A stretch of DNA of 64,000 bases from an uncultured Gammaproteobacteria bacterium (GCA_964394855.1 CAYMZD010000003.1:94041-158040), one strand, 5' to 3'. Shown: positions 1 to 10,190, numbered from the stretch's first letter. A program made the numbers and translations. The notes: generated by a model from the letters alone, not told the origin.

Positions 1-81
1 GAAAAAACGAGCTAAAAGAAAAATACTTACTAGACCAATAAATAGGTAAATGTAAACTAATAATAAAAATTTATTTTTCAC
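1..81 (-). CDS. Partial (5' end) membrane protein, probably another GT-C-type transferase
   Basis: GTG at 81 overlaps the stop of the 71..1120 gene; open to the window edge: MKNKFLLLVYIYLFIGLVSIFLLARFF, a first TM helix ending in RF like the other GT-C N-termini here. Not in the ORF track. Confidence 0.55.
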   Translation of the reverse strand, partial: MKNKFLLLVYIYLFIGLVSIFLLARFF

Positions 82-1120
82 TGCTTTTAACATCAATTTG
101 AGTTATATTCCAACCTTTTAAATGATTAAAATAATATCCAATTCCAGGATTCATTGTAATATGGGGAAAAATTATACCATCTTTTTCCTGACGAATCCTA
201 GTTTGAATAATATTTCTATATTTAAGGGTTTGTGCTATATTCATTAAATTCCACCAGATAGCTTTTTGAATAGCCCAAAAAACTGCTGGTTTATTTCTGA
301 AAAGAAATATTAATGAAAGTGTTTGGCAGATAAAAAGATGTATTGGCAAAATTTTTAAAAGCTGTCCGATACCTAGATTCTTTATATAAGAACAAATCCT
401 ATTTTTATAGGAGTTATATTCCACAAATGGTTTAGGCAGTCTTTGACTGGTGGCACCATATTTATGATAAATTATAGAACTCGGTACAAAAATTATTTTA
501 TATCCAGAAACCCAAACCCGATGAGCTAAATCTGTCTCTTCAAAGTAGGCAAAAAATCTTTTATCAAAAATGTCTCCATCCACCTTTATTCTCTCAAGCA
601 CTTCTTTCTTAAAACACATGCATGCGCCTTTAGGTGAAAAAATCTCCATCTCTTGATCGTATTTTGGGGAGTTTATTTGGTATATACCGTAGTGAAACAA
701 AAAACCTGTATTTGTTAGGAAAGACCCTGCACCATCAAGCCGTTTGGGATCATCCATAAAAAGAATCTTACTTTGTACACCTCCAATTTGTTTATTTTTT
801 CTTAAGACTTTCCAAAGTTCAACTATAAAATTGGTAGTTACCTTAGTGTCATTATTTAAAAATAAGACATACTCTCCCTTGGCTTTCTTATATCCGATAT
901 TATTAGCTTGGGCAAATCCTAAATTTTCTTTGTTAATGATTATTTTGACTTGAGGGTATTTTTGCTCTACCCACTCCACTGATCCATCAGTTGAAGCATT
1001 ATCAACCAGGATAACTTCTATATTTTTATAATCTTGGCGAAAAAGTGATGTAAGGCAAATCCTTAAAAGGTCTTTTCCATTCCAGTTAATAATGATGATT
1101 GAAACTAGATTTTTCTTCAT
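71..1120 (-). CDS. GT2 glycosyltransferase (WbbL/rhamnosyltransferase-like)
   Basis: VSIIIINWNG, LVDNASTDGS, ENLGFAQANN, FLNNDT, FFAYFEETDL motifs. Confidence 0.9.
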   Translation of the reverse strand: MKKNLVSIIIINWNGKDLLRICLTSLFRQDYKNIEVILVDNASTDGSVEWVEQKYPQVKIIINKENLGFAQANNIGYKKAKGEYVLFLNNDTKVTTNFIVELWKVLRKNKQIGGVQSKILFMDDPKRLDGAGSFLTNTGFLFHYGIYQINSPKYDQEMEIFSPKGACMCFKKEVLERIKVDGDIFDKRFFAYFEETDLAHRVWVSGYKIIFVPSSIIYHKYGATSQRLPKPFVEYNSYKNRICSYIKNLGIGQLLKILPIHLFICQTLSLIFLFRNKPAVFWAIQKAIWWNLMNIAQTLKYRNIIQTRIRQEKDGIIFPHITMNPGIGYYFNHLKGWNITQIDVKSSEK

Positions 1121-1121
1121 C

Positions 1122-3521
1122 TTAATTTTCTATATAATCTACAATTAAATTACGTTTTTCAAGCTCTGAATATGTTAGAGGTAAGATTTCTAAACTCTTA
1201 ATATCTACTTTAATTTCCAGGGGGAGTTTAATTTCCATTGACTTTAAGATGGTTCCATTGGGAGAAATGATTAAAGAATACTTTTTAGATGAATTTGGGA
1301 ATATTACGAGCATTTGACAATAAGGTTTGATTGATTTATCAGTATAAAAACAAGCCTCTACCTCTATACCACTCCTTATAAGATAACTTTTTAGGAGTTC
1401 CCATTCTTGCTCCGAGTAAACAAATAAAAATGGATTTTTGGCGATTTGATTTGCCTTGACAAAGTTCAAATCTTGATACAAGCTCTCTATAACTTCCAGT
1501 TCAGCTATTTGTGGAGAATCACCACTGCTTGTAGCAACTACATCCATTTTAATAAACTGACATGTAGAGATGCTGATATTATCTAAAATAGTACCTGATG
1601 TATTAACTGGTATAAAAGAAAACTTGCCCACATTTTTCCAGCTGATACCATCCCGGGAACAATTATAGCTATAACTGGTGGGGACTAAATCCTTTGAAGT
1701 ATATACCATTTTTACTGCTGCCACAGTTTTTGGTTCTCCTAAATCTATGGTGACGCTATCGAACTTTTTATAAAACCAATTAAGTCTATGCGCTGCCCAG
1801 TTGGTGTTAACATCATTATCAACTATATTTCTTACTTCATGAAATTTCCACTGCGAAGTAGCCGTAGCTTTGGCATTTTGGTAATATTTGTTTTTCGACT
1901 CTAGATATTTAAGATAGGTTACAAGTTCGATTGGCGTTTTCCCCTCAAGGGAAGATTTTGACCTATCAAAGAAAGCACTGATATATAAACTCATTTCTAC
2001 AATTGATGAAAATGGCATATTAATATTTTGTGAATCATTAATCACTAATCTTGGGGATGGCTGGGAGAGTGCTTGTCGTGTCATCTTGGTGGTATTCGTT
2101 AACCCACCTTCGGTATCATAATAAAAAGTATAAATCTGATTAATGGTTGTTTGTCCCTTCTTTAAAAGACTTAGGAGTTCCATAAAGGTACCCGGTAGAG
2201 TTAGATCTCCCCTATCTATACCATATTGCCAAGCAATGGCTGTGGTATCAGGCATTGATCCCACCCCGAAAAAATTGGCAAATTCTTGGGTACTTTTTGC
2301 ATCATTGCGGACATCAAAATAAATTGCCGACTTTTCCAAAATAGATGGGAGTTGTTGTTTTAGAGACTCATAAAATCTTTTCTCTGGATCTGTTCTCTCA
2401 TTAATAAATGCCGTATGTTCCTTATTTAAAAGGACCAGATGCAACAAAACGATCAATGCTATTGCCAGATAGAATTTATTCTGCTTTAAAAACTTACCCA
2501 AAAAACAAGACATAAATAAGGCATTACCTACTGCAGGTAGTAAAAAATACCGGTGAAGCGAAGGAAATACTTGACTGGGGGTATGAATAAAAAATACTAA
2601 ATAATTTCCTAACATGAAAGCCAGTCCAAACCACAACAGTTTACTTTTGGACTTCAATAAAATTACTATTAAGGCAAGAATAAAACCCACCAGCGGGATT
2701 TGCCAAAGAGAAGGTATCATTATATTATGGAGATTTTTCAGTGGGGTAAGCACTAAATCAAATTGTTGTTGCTGAAAAATTTGATTTAAAAGAATGATTA
2801 GTTCCGGCGAAGTTGAATTATTAAAAATATAAAAATCGAAGTATAGTTTCCCAAAAGGTGCTAATCTTAAAATTGAGTTTAAGGGGTGAAAATTCCATAA
2901 AAGTTCCACTGCTACCACCAAGAATATGATTCCATGGGCTCTGACAAAACCAGTGTCTATGGTGTAAACAAAGACAAACAGTGATAGTAAATAAAGACCA
3001 ATTGCTCTGTTAAGGTGAAGGTGGCTTTGTTCAATAAATTTTTTGTATAAAATTAAGGTTAAACATAAAAATACCACGGTGTGAGAAGTATGAATAGAGT
3101 TAAAAATGCGCCACAGGGATTCTGCACCTATATAACCTGAAGCAAAAATTAAAGCAGAGGCCAAGGCTACTTTGGTATTGGAGGTCAAAGATTTTGCTAA
3201 ATAATAAACCGCTAAAGAAGCAAAAAAATAAGCCAGCATGCCAAAAAAATAAAAAGCAAAAGGATTTGATCCAAACAAATTATAAATAGGTAAAAGCAAA
3301 CTAGTAACACCCCGGTAAGCAGAGCTTCTATCATAAATACCGGTTCCAAACTGCCCAGCTTGCTCCTCTGGGTGCTGTAGCTTAAACATGACAGCATGGT
3401 CATCTTGCCAGACATACATTCTCAAGGTTTGGAAGTAAGCCAGAAATACCACCAAAAATATCAATAAAATTCCACTTAATCTTTGATTACTTCTTAAAAA
3501 AGCTAGGGTTTTGACAATCAT
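1122..3521 (-). CDS. Multi-TM GT-C-like protein with C-terminal F5/8 type C (discoidin/CBM32-like) domain
   Basis: WQDD acidic motif after TM1, many TM segments; C-terminal ATATSQW..NIVDNDVNTNW..VTIDLGEPKTV..SRDGISW..QIAELEV; paralog of 10600..12924. Confidence 0.75.
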   Translation of the reverse strand: MIVKTLAFLRSNQRLSGILLIFLVVFLAYFQTLRMYVWQDDHAVMFKLQHPEEQAGQFGTGIYDRSSAYRGVTSLLLPIYNLFGSNPFAFYFFGMLAYFFASLAVYYLAKSLTSNTKVALASALIFASGYIGAESLWRIFNSIHTSHTVVFLCLTLILYKKFIEQSHLHLNRAIGLYLLSLFVFVYTIDTGFVRAHGIIFLVVAVELLWNFHPLNSILRLAPFGKLYFDFYIFNNSTSPELIILLNQIFQQQQFDLVLTPLKNLHNIMIPSLWQIPLVGFILALIVILLKSKSKLLWFGLAFMLGNYLVFFIHTPSQVFPSLHRYFLLPAVGNALFMSCFLGKFLKQNKFYLAIALIVLLHLVLLNKEHTAFINERTDPEKRFYESLKQQLPSILEKSAIYFDVRNDAKSTQEFANFFGVGSMPDTTAIAWQYGIDRGDLTLPGTFMELLSLLKKGQTTINQIYTFYYDTEGGLTNTTKMTRQALSQPSPRLVINDSQNINMPFSSIVEMSLYISAFFDRSKSSLEGKTPIELVTYLKYLESKNKYYQNAKATATSQWKFHEVRNIVDNDVNTNWAAHRLNWFYKKFDSVTIDLGEPKTVAAVKMVYTSKDLVPTSYSYNCSRDGISWKNVGKFSFIPVNTSGTILDNISISTCQFIKMDVVATSSGDSPQIAELEVIESLYQDLNFVKANQIAKNPFLFVYSEQEWELLKSYLIRSGIEVEACFYTDKSIKPYCQMLVIFPNSSKKYSLIISPNGTILKSMEIKLPLEIKVDIKSLEILPLTYSELEKRNLIVDYIEN

Positions 3522-3534
3522 ATTTTTTAATCTA

Positions 3535-5838
3535 TTAAGGACCTAATAAATCTATGTCATCTAGATACAAGGTGACTGGCTCACCACTTACACCTTGGAT
3601 TGATAAAATAGCGAAGCTGGCATCGCCGGGAGCTTTAGCAGTAATTGAAATTTTTTGCCACTCTTTTCCTAATTTAGTTCTCGGTGAAAGAGCAACAACT
3701 TCACCAGGTAAGCTTACATCATCATAAATAGATTGCAAGCTTCTTTCTTTTTCAAAATACGAAGCAGTAGACCCTTCCCAAAGATACAATAATTTCTTTT
3801 GAAAAGCTGCAGATAGTTTAGTTAAGAAGGTGTTCAAGTCTTGAGGTTTGGGGTTATAGAAATCCATTCTTAAAATTGCGCTCGGCGTGGAAGAACTTTC
3901 TTGAGATTTGAGCCAGGCCGAAAAGGTGTATGTCTGCCCCCCTTTAATCAAAATTTTATCGGAATGTAACCTGGGTGGAGTATTTTTAAAAGAGGTTGGT
4001 TGGAATTTAAGGGAACCTTCCTTAAATCTGCCTACTGAAGGATTAAAGAAGGTATTTGATTGATCGCTTTTGTTAAAATTTTGTACTTTCCAAAAGGAGA
4101 GTTCTTGGATATTATCAAATCCAAAGTTTTTCAGCTGATTTTTCTGCCTTGGTAAATCCTTGGGTAGCTCATAATAGAAAATGCGATTAGAATCGCACAT
4201 CAATGATTTTTGTAAGTTTCCCAAAAGAGAAGCTCTGGAGGAGTATTCTGCTAAAACCAGTGGGTAATAAGAATTTTTATAAACTACAGGTTCTGGTATA
4301 AAAGAATCAACAAAGTAAGTATACGTAATGTAATCCAGCCTATTGCCATTTATAAAAGCATGACTGAAATTAATACTCCGTACCTCCTCAAGAGAAATAT
4401 CTCTGTTGGGTTCGAGTCCGTAATAGCCTGCAAAATGCCTATTTGAAGGAACACTGATTGGTGTAATATAGGCAATTTTAGCGGAATCGGGAATATTTTT
4501 ATCAACCCATTTAGCACTCATACTCTGGGTTTTTTCTTGAGCGCATCCATAAGTTGATGAGGCTGATATCAAAAATGGTTGAAAAAAAACTAAAATCAGT
4601 AAAACTATTAATAATCTTTTGGCTATTTGGTAGTTCAATTTTTCTTTTAATTTGATGAATAAATAATAAATAAAAACACCAGCAAAAAGCGACAAAAATG
4701 GAATAACGGGTATGATTAACCTTTCATAGTTCGCCGGAACATATGAGCTGATATAAATAAAAGTAGAAAGTGGTATTAGAGAAAGTATGATAAATTTTCT
4801 AATGGACAAAATAAGAGTTAAACCCAATCCTAAAATAGCTAAAATAGCTCCCAGGGGTCCAATGCCAAAGAAAAACACATATGATGCATAAAATGGTTTA
4901 AAAAAAGTAGGGATTAGTAAGGAAATATGCGGAAGGATTGTCTGACCAGAAGATGCAAGATAAGAAGCAAGAGAAAAAAGATAAGTGGTAAGGCCGGTTG
5001 AATACCAGGGCAGGGAATATTTTTCTAAATCTTGCATAAAAAGGTTTATACCACCAGATTTTAAGAAGAGAAAAGGTAATCCTAGAAAAATTCCCATAAA
5101 AATAAATAACATGCTTAGTAAAACTTTTAGAACCCAAGTTTTTTGTTTTTGAAAACTAAATAATATGGCCACTGGATAGGCTAAGGCCGCCACCGGAAAA
5201 AATCTGATTGTAGCAGAAACGCCAAGAGTCAAACCAGATAAAATAAACCACTTCCATCGTTTCTCCTGCCACAGCAGAACGAAAAAGTAAAGAGCTAACA
5301 AAAAGGTAAAAAGTGAGGGTACATCAGTGGTGATATAGTGTGAATCCCGCACATGTAAAGGAGATATGGCAAAAAAGAAGGCAGCCAGCAGCCCAATATT
5401 TTTATTAAATAGTTTTTGGCCAATTAGATAAAGTATGAAAATACTAAACAGTCCAAACAAAGCCACCTCCGCTCTACCAACAAGGGTTAACGTATCGGCA
5501 AATTTCCTGATGGCCTCCTCATGAAACTCATTAAAATCCAAGCCCGGTGAAGAAAAAGAAGAAGAAATTAAGATATTGGCATTTGATAAAAAGTAAGTCA
5601 CATAAAGGACGGGGAAATAAACAAGTGTTTGTAGATAAAAAAATAAAGTTCCGTACTTGAAAGTATGAGGATCAAAATCTCCTTGAGTGACGATATTTTT
5701 TACCAAATCCCAGGATTTAATTTGCACGAAACCTTCATCTGGATGATCAATATTAGGTATAAGTCCGATGAAACGAAGAAAAAAGGCAAGTAATAAAATA
5801 ACTGTCAATAGCTTATTGGCCTTAGCTAACTTAATCAT
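3535..5838 (-). CDS. ArnT/PMT_2-like GT-C glycosyltransferase with C-terminal CBM4/9-like domain
   Basis: HPDE after TM1, GLLAAFFFAISPLHVRDSHYITTD; C-terminal GQTYTFSAWLKS..WQKISITAKAP..LYLDDIDL. Confidence 0.8.
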   Translation of the reverse strand: MIKLAKANKLLTVILLLAFFLRFIGLIPNIDHPDEGFVQIKSWDLVKNIVTQGDFDPHTFKYGTLFFYLQTLVYFPVLYVTYFLSNANILISSSFSSPGLDFNEFHEEAIRKFADTLTLVGRAEVALFGLFSIFILYLIGQKLFNKNIGLLAAFFFAISPLHVRDSHYITTDVPSLFTFLLALYFFVLLWQEKRWKWFILSGLTLGVSATIRFFPVAALAYPVAILFSFQKQKTWVLKVLLSMLFIFMGIFLGLPFLFLKSGGINLFMQDLEKYSLPWYSTGLTTYLFSLASYLASSGQTILPHISLLIPTFFKPFYASYVFFFGIGPLGAILAILGLGLTLILSIRKFIILSLIPLSTFIYISSYVPANYERLIIPVIPFLSLFAGVFIYYLFIKLKEKLNYQIAKRLLIVLLILVFFQPFLISASSTYGCAQEKTQSMSAKWVDKNIPDSAKIAYITPISVPSNRHFAGYYGLEPNRDISLEEVRSINFSHAFINGNRLDYITYTYFVDSFIPEPVVYKNSYYPLVLAEYSSRASLLGNLQKSLMCDSNRIFYYELPKDLPRQKNQLKNFGFDNIQELSFWKVQNFNKSDQSNTFFNPSVGRFKEGSLKFQPTSFKNTPPRLHSDKILIKGGQTYTFSAWLKSQESSSTPSAILRMDFYNPKPQDLNTFLTKLSAAFQKKLLYLWEGSTASYFEKERSLQSIYDDVSLPGEVVALSPRTKLGKEWQKISITAKAPGDASFAILSIQGVSGEPVTLYLDDIDLLGP

Positions 5839-5844
5839 TGCTCA

Positions 5845-5866
5845 AGTATAACAAACAGCATATAAT
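5845..5866. promoter_or_regulatory. Back-to-back leaderless-type -10 elements
   Basis: Minus: TGtTATACT (hexamer 5845-5850) 6 nt before ATG 5838; plus: TATAAT 5861-5866, 7 nt before ATG 5874. Confidence 0.6.
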
Positions 5867-5873
5867 ATGGGCA

Positions 5874-6863
5874 ATGAAAAGAGGAATCCCTCCAACAGAT
5901 AATATTGTATCGGTCGTTATAGTTACCCAAAACGACGAAGATATCATTGAGGACAGGCTAAAAAATATTAATAAGATAATGCGCTCCCTTCGCAGGAACT
6001 ACGAAATATTAATTGTTGATAATTCTTCATCCGATGGTACCATTGAAAAAATAAAATCGCTGCCTAGAATATTGCCATTTATCAGAATTTTAATTTTATC
6101 CAAACAATATGAAACCGAAATTGCCCTAACTGCCGGACTGGATAATTGTGTGGGGGATTTTGTGATTTTATTTAATATTTATACTGATCCTCCAGAAATA
6201 AAACCTCTTCTTTTGGAAAAATTATTATTAGGACATGATATTGTTATAGGCAAAAGTAAAGAAGAAGTCATCAAATATGGTTTCTTGGGCAAAAACTTAA
6301 TAAAAGCCGTAGAAAAAATATCAAGTCATGGATTTTACTACCGACCTACATATCTAATGGGATTAAATAGAAAAGCTATTAATTCCATTATGAGAACGAG
6401 GAGAAAAAGCCGGAACTTTAGTTATATACATACCCTAATTGGATTTAAGAAATATGTTCTAGAGTATAAACCAATTAAAGATTACCGACATAAACTCAAA
6501 CAGGAAAATTTTTTGGATTTATTTTTTGCTATTGCCGATATAATTATTTCCAGTTCATTTAGGCCCATTCGTTTTTTAAGTTTTGCAGGCATGTTTTTTA
6601 GCGCTCTTTTCTTACTTTATGTTTTTTTTATAGTTTCCCTGGTAGTTTTTTTTAATATGCATTGGCTGGTTCCCCAAGGCTGGATCAGCACCTCAACGGT
6701 GGTGGCATCGCTTTTTTTCATCCTCTTTACACTTCTCACCATTATGAGCGAATATATGATAAGAATACTAAATGAAACGCGCAACGAACCGTTTTATTTT
6801 ATATCAGAAGAGATAGACCGCTCGGTGATTTTACCAAAAAAGAAAGCTTTAAATGTCATTTAA
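5874..6863 (+). CDS. GtrB/ArnC-like GT2 membrane protein with degenerate active site
   Basis: YEILIVDNSSSDGT, EIALTAGLD, DPPE, two C-terminal TM helices and EYMIRILNETRNEPFY; canonical DADLQD reads FNIYTD. Start moved from TTG 5838 to ATG 5874 on promoter evidence. Confidence 0.8.
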   Translation: MKRGIPPTDNIVSVVIVTQNDEDIIEDRLKNINKIMRSLRRNYEILIVDNSSSDGTIEKIKSLPRILPFIRILILSKQYETEIALTAGLDNCVGDFVILFNIYTDPPEIKPLLLEKLLLGHDIVIGKSKEEVIKYGFLGKNLIKAVEKISSHGFYYRPTYLMGLNRKAINSIMRTRRKSRNFSYIHTLIGFKKYVLEYKPIKDYRHKLKQENFLDLFFAIADIIISSSFRPIRFLSFAGMFFSALFLLYVFFIVSLVVFFNMHWLVPQGWISTSTVVASLFFILFTLLTIMSEYMIRILNETRNEPFYFISEEIDRSVILPKKKALNVI

Positions 6864-7671
6864 AATAGAGGGTCAGCTAACATCAGCTTTAATTGGTTAT
6901 ACCGGTTTTGTGGGAAGTAATATTGAAAGAATGGCTCAAAAATCTGGTTTTCGGTTTAGTGATCATTATAATTCTCAAAATATCGGCGATATCAAAGATA
7001 AAAAATATGACCTGGTGGTATCCGCCGGAACCAAAGGCGTGAGATATTTGGCCAATCAAAATCCAGGTGCAGATTGGCAAGGGATTAAAAACCTGTTGGA
7101 TAACTTGGTAAGAGTAGCGATAGGACATTTGGTGCTGGTTTCCACAGTTGATGTTTATCCAAATCCCAGTGGAGCCTTGGAAGATACACCAATTGATGAA
7201 AATGATTTAACTCAAGCTTATGGCAGAAACCGCTACAAAATGGAACGCTTTATGGTGGAACACTTTCCATCCGTCACGGTATTGCGCTGTCCCCAACTTT
7301 ATGGACCAGGTTTAAAGAAAAACTTTATTTATGATTTAATTCACCTTAATGCCTTGGATTGGACCCACAAAGACACTAGTTTACAGTTTTATAATATGGG
7401 CAGATTTTGGCATGATTTGCAGGTGATCCTACAAGCAGGCATACCATTGATGAATTTGGCAGTGGAACCTCTCACAGCTTCCGATATAGCCAGAGAAGCT
7501 GCCGACATGGATTTTGAAACTGTCACCCAAAATCCGCCTTTAGTATTTGATATGCGTACCAGATTCGGGCATCTTTTTGGATCACAAGATGATTACATTT
7601 ATCACCGGGATGAGATTTTGGCCGATATTAAAAGATTTATTGAAGAAGAAAAAGCTAAGCTAAAACAATGA
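6853..7671 (+). CDS. Atypical NAD-dependent epimerase/dehydratase (SDR)
   Basis: IGYTGFVG Rossmann motif, VSTVDVY, YGRNR (YxxxR rather than YxxxK), LYGPGLKKN; overlaps the upstream stop. Confidence 0.8.
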   Translation: MSFKIEGQLTSALIGYTGFVGSNIERMAQKSGFRFSDHYNSQNIGDIKDKKYDLVVSAGTKGVRYLANQNPGADWQGIKNLLDNLVRVAIGHLVLVSTVDVYPNPSGALEDTPIDENDLTQAYGRNRYKMERFMVEHFPSVTVLRCPQLYGPGLKKNFIYDLIHLNALDWTHKDTSLQFYNMGRFWHDLQVILQAGIPLMNLAVEPLTASDIAREAADMDFETVTQNPPLVFDMRTRFGHLFGSQDDYIYHRDEILADIKRFIEEEKAKLKQ

Positions 7672-8480
7672 AGATAGCCATCTCTAATTTATCTTGGGAC
7701 TTGCCCGAAGATAAAAAAGTTTTAAAGCTTTTAAAAAAATATCAGATTAAAGGAATAGAGCTGGCTCCCACCAAAATTTGGCAAGTTCCCACAAAAACTG
7801 CTGTCAAAAAAATTAAAGAGTATAAAAAATTTTGGCAGGATCAAGGCATTGGAGTGACCTCTATTACTTCTCTTTTATTTGGCCATCCGGAACTGACTAT
7901 TTTTGAAAATGAAAAAACGAGAAAAAAAACTCTAGACTATCTATCAAAAATGGCCCATGTGGCAGGACTTCTTGGGGCCAAAGTGATGGTCTTTGGTTCA
8001 CCCAAAAACAGGTTAACTTCTGGCAAACCAAAAAAAGAAGTACAAAAAATTGCTGTGGATTTTTTCTTAAAGCTATCTAGAGTTTGTCAAAAATACGATA
8101 CTTATTTTTGCGTTGAACCTTTGGGAGGAACATACAGTTGTGATTTCATCACCAATGTAACCGAGGCCATTAAACTAATCAAAGATGTAAACCATCCCAA
8201 TTTTAGATCGCACATAGATATTGGTTCCATTGAAGGAAATGGCGAGGGCTATCAAACTGCTTTGGAAGCGGCCAAACCATACATGATCCATTTTCATATC
8301 AGCGAACCCCTGTTAAAACCGGTACCGGCTGGAGAAAGTAACCACAAAAAAGCGGCCAAAATTTTAAAGAATTTAAATTATCAAAACTTCTGCTGCATTG
8401 AAATGCCGCTTGCAAATGACGTAGATCATCTATATTATATCAACCAAGCTTTAAGCTTTGCCCAAAAAACCTATGGTTAA
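7668..8480 (+). CDS. Sugar phosphate isomerase/epimerase, xylose-isomerase-like TIM barrel
   Basis: MKIAISN, GIELAP, VMVFGSPKNR, FCVEP, HIDIG, HFHISEP, IEM metal-ligand pattern; ATGA coupling. Confidence 0.85.
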   Translation: MKIAISNLSWDLPEDKKVLKLLKKYQIKGIELAPTKIWQVPTKTAVKKIKEYKKFWQDQGIGVTSITSLLFGHPELTIFENEKTRKKTLDYLSKMAHVAGLLGAKVMVFGSPKNRLTSGKPKKEVQKIAVDFFLKLSRVCQKYDTYFCVEPLGGTYSCDFITNVTEAIKLIKDVNHPNFRSHIDIGSIEGNGEGYQTALEAAKPYMIHFHISEPLLKPVPAGESNHKKAAKILKNLNYQNFCCIEMPLANDVDHLYYINQALSFAQKTYG

Positions 8481-9237
8481 AAAACAAGTGCCAAATTATC
8501 AAACCAAGGAATTTTTTCCTAAAAGAAATAAATATTGTTTAGTCATTCCAGTTATTAATGAGGGGGGAAGAATTCAAGCAGAGTTAAAGGATTTAAAACC
8601 ATATTCCAAACAAATTGATATTTTAATAGCTGATGGAGGATCAACAGATGGATCGGTCAAACCAAGCTTTGTGAAAAAAATGGGAGTAAGAACATTAATT
8701 TTAAGTCCCATGGGGCAAGCCCGGCAATATAGATGCGCTTTTGATTTTGCCTTAAAACAGGGTTATGAAGGAATGGTAACTATTGATGGTAACCACAAGG
8801 ATAATGTATTTGCTTTGCCAAAATTTATTAAGGCTTTAGATGATGGATTTGATTATGTTCAAAGTTCACGTTTTATTAAAGGGGGTAAACATAAAAATAC
8901 CCCGACAGACAGAGTTGCTTTTAACCGATATTTAATATCCCCGGTTTTGTCTCTAGCAGCGCGAAAATGGTATACAGATACCCCCAATGCTTTTCGGGCC
9001 TACTCCAGAAAATATCTGCTACATCCCAAGGTAAAACCATTCAGGGATATATTCCAGCGCTATGAAATGCTCTGGTATCTCACTATCCGCTGCAACCAGC
9101 TGGGTTTAAAATCCAAAGAAATTCCGGTCACGAGAGGTTATCCCAAAGACCATGTTCCCACTAAAATCGTGGGCTGGAAAAGGGTTAATGACATGCTCAA
9201 TATCTTCAAAATTGCTTTGGGAATGTATAATCCATAA
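8473..9237 (+). CDS. DPM1-like GT2 polyprenyl-phosphate glycosyltransferase, no TM anchor
   Basis: VIPVINEG, ADGGSTDGS, TIDGNHKD, DYVQSSRF, TDTPNAFRAYS, EIPVTRGYP; ATG 8473 overlaps the upstream stop (ORF track starts at TTG 8458). Confidence 0.85.
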   Translation: MVKKQVPNYQTKEFFPKRNKYCLVIPVINEGGRIQAELKDLKPYSKQIDILIADGGSTDGSVKPSFVKKMGVRTLILSPMGQARQYRCAFDFALKQGYEGMVTIDGNHKDNVFALPKFIKALDDGFDYVQSSRFIKGGKHKNTPTDRVAFNRYLISPVLSLAARKWYTDTPNAFRAYSRKYLLHPKVKPFRDIFQRYEMLWYLTIRCNQLGLKSKEIPVTRGYPKDHVPTKIVGWKRVNDMLNIFKIALGMYNP

Positions 9238-9263
9238 AGGTATATTAAATTTTATTTAATATA

Positions 9264-10190
9264 CTAATGAATATGCTCTAATTGAACATCAAGATTATTT
9301 GGATGTTGTAAGTATTGTACTAAAAGCTCTGCTTCCAGATTACAACCCAACCTTTGAGCTCTTCTTTTTGCCTTAAAGGCTTCAATGTTAATTGGCAACA
9401 TCTCATTATCCCTTTGAGTTGGAGCATATCTAAAAGGAACTTCCACTTGAGCTACTCGCAAACCAGAGTACAAAGCCTCAATAACCGGAAATATTTGGCA
9501 ATTAGACCAACCTTCTATATTGGAAGCTTTTTCGGCTTCTGTTTCTCTTGGTCCTGTATATCTATATCTTTTCATAAATAAATTGACCACATCTTTTGTA
9601 TTTCGTAAAGCTATAAACCCAGAGAATAAATCAAGTTCTTCTCCTTCACCCAAAAGTCCAGCTGCTCTTAAAATTCCCGCATACCCTCTGTTAGTGGCTG
9701 TTTCTGACTCATATCCATAATCGGGATAAGATTCTTGAAACTGTGGTTCTCCCCGTTTACCCACTACTATGTCTGCTTCACCTCGATAAAGTGGCTCCAT
9801 CAGCTGCGGCAAATAATTTACCACATCATGTTTCTCCGCTTCAGACCGGAAAATATATCTTACACCCTCCAATTCAGAAGCTACTCTAATTCCCATTTTT
9901 TTACCTGGAGCCATACTGGGTTTTTCCAAATTAACCACTGTTACTCCTTTAGGGATTTCCTGCAAAAATGGATTGGAAGAACCACTTTCAGCCACTACCA
10001 CTCTATAGCCGGCACTATGAGCGGTTTTAATAAACCACAAACCTAAGTCTCCCCTAACCTTTGACACATCTGATAAATCCTCTAGCTGACCTTCATGCCA
10101 TGTGGGATAAAGAGTACTCACTACCACTCCTATTTCTTCAGGCTTAATCCAAGCAGGCAATTCTCTGATACTACTTTCAGTCATTGACAT
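9264..10190 (-). CDS. Divergent GT-A-fold (GT2-like) protein
   Basis: VVVAESGSS, SEAEKHD in the DxD position, EADIVVGKR, DLFSGF, GLRVAQVEVPF; TGaTATAAT 9 nt upstream of ATG. Confidence 0.6.
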   Translation of the reverse strand: MSMTESSIRELPAWIKPEEIGVVVSTLYPTWHEGQLEDLSDVSKVRGDLGLWFIKTAHSAGYRVVVAESGSSNPFLQEIPKGVTVVNLEKPSMAPGKKMGIRVASELEGVRYIFRSEAEKHDVVNYLPQLMEPLYRGEADIVVGKRGEPQFQESYPDYGYESETATNRGYAGILRAAGLLGEGEELDLFSGFIALRNTKDVVNLFMKRYRYTGPRETEAEKASNIEGWSNCQIFPVIEALYSGLRVAQVEVPFRYAPTQRDNEMLPINIEAFKAKRRAQRLGCNLEAELLVQYLQHPNNLDVQLEHIH

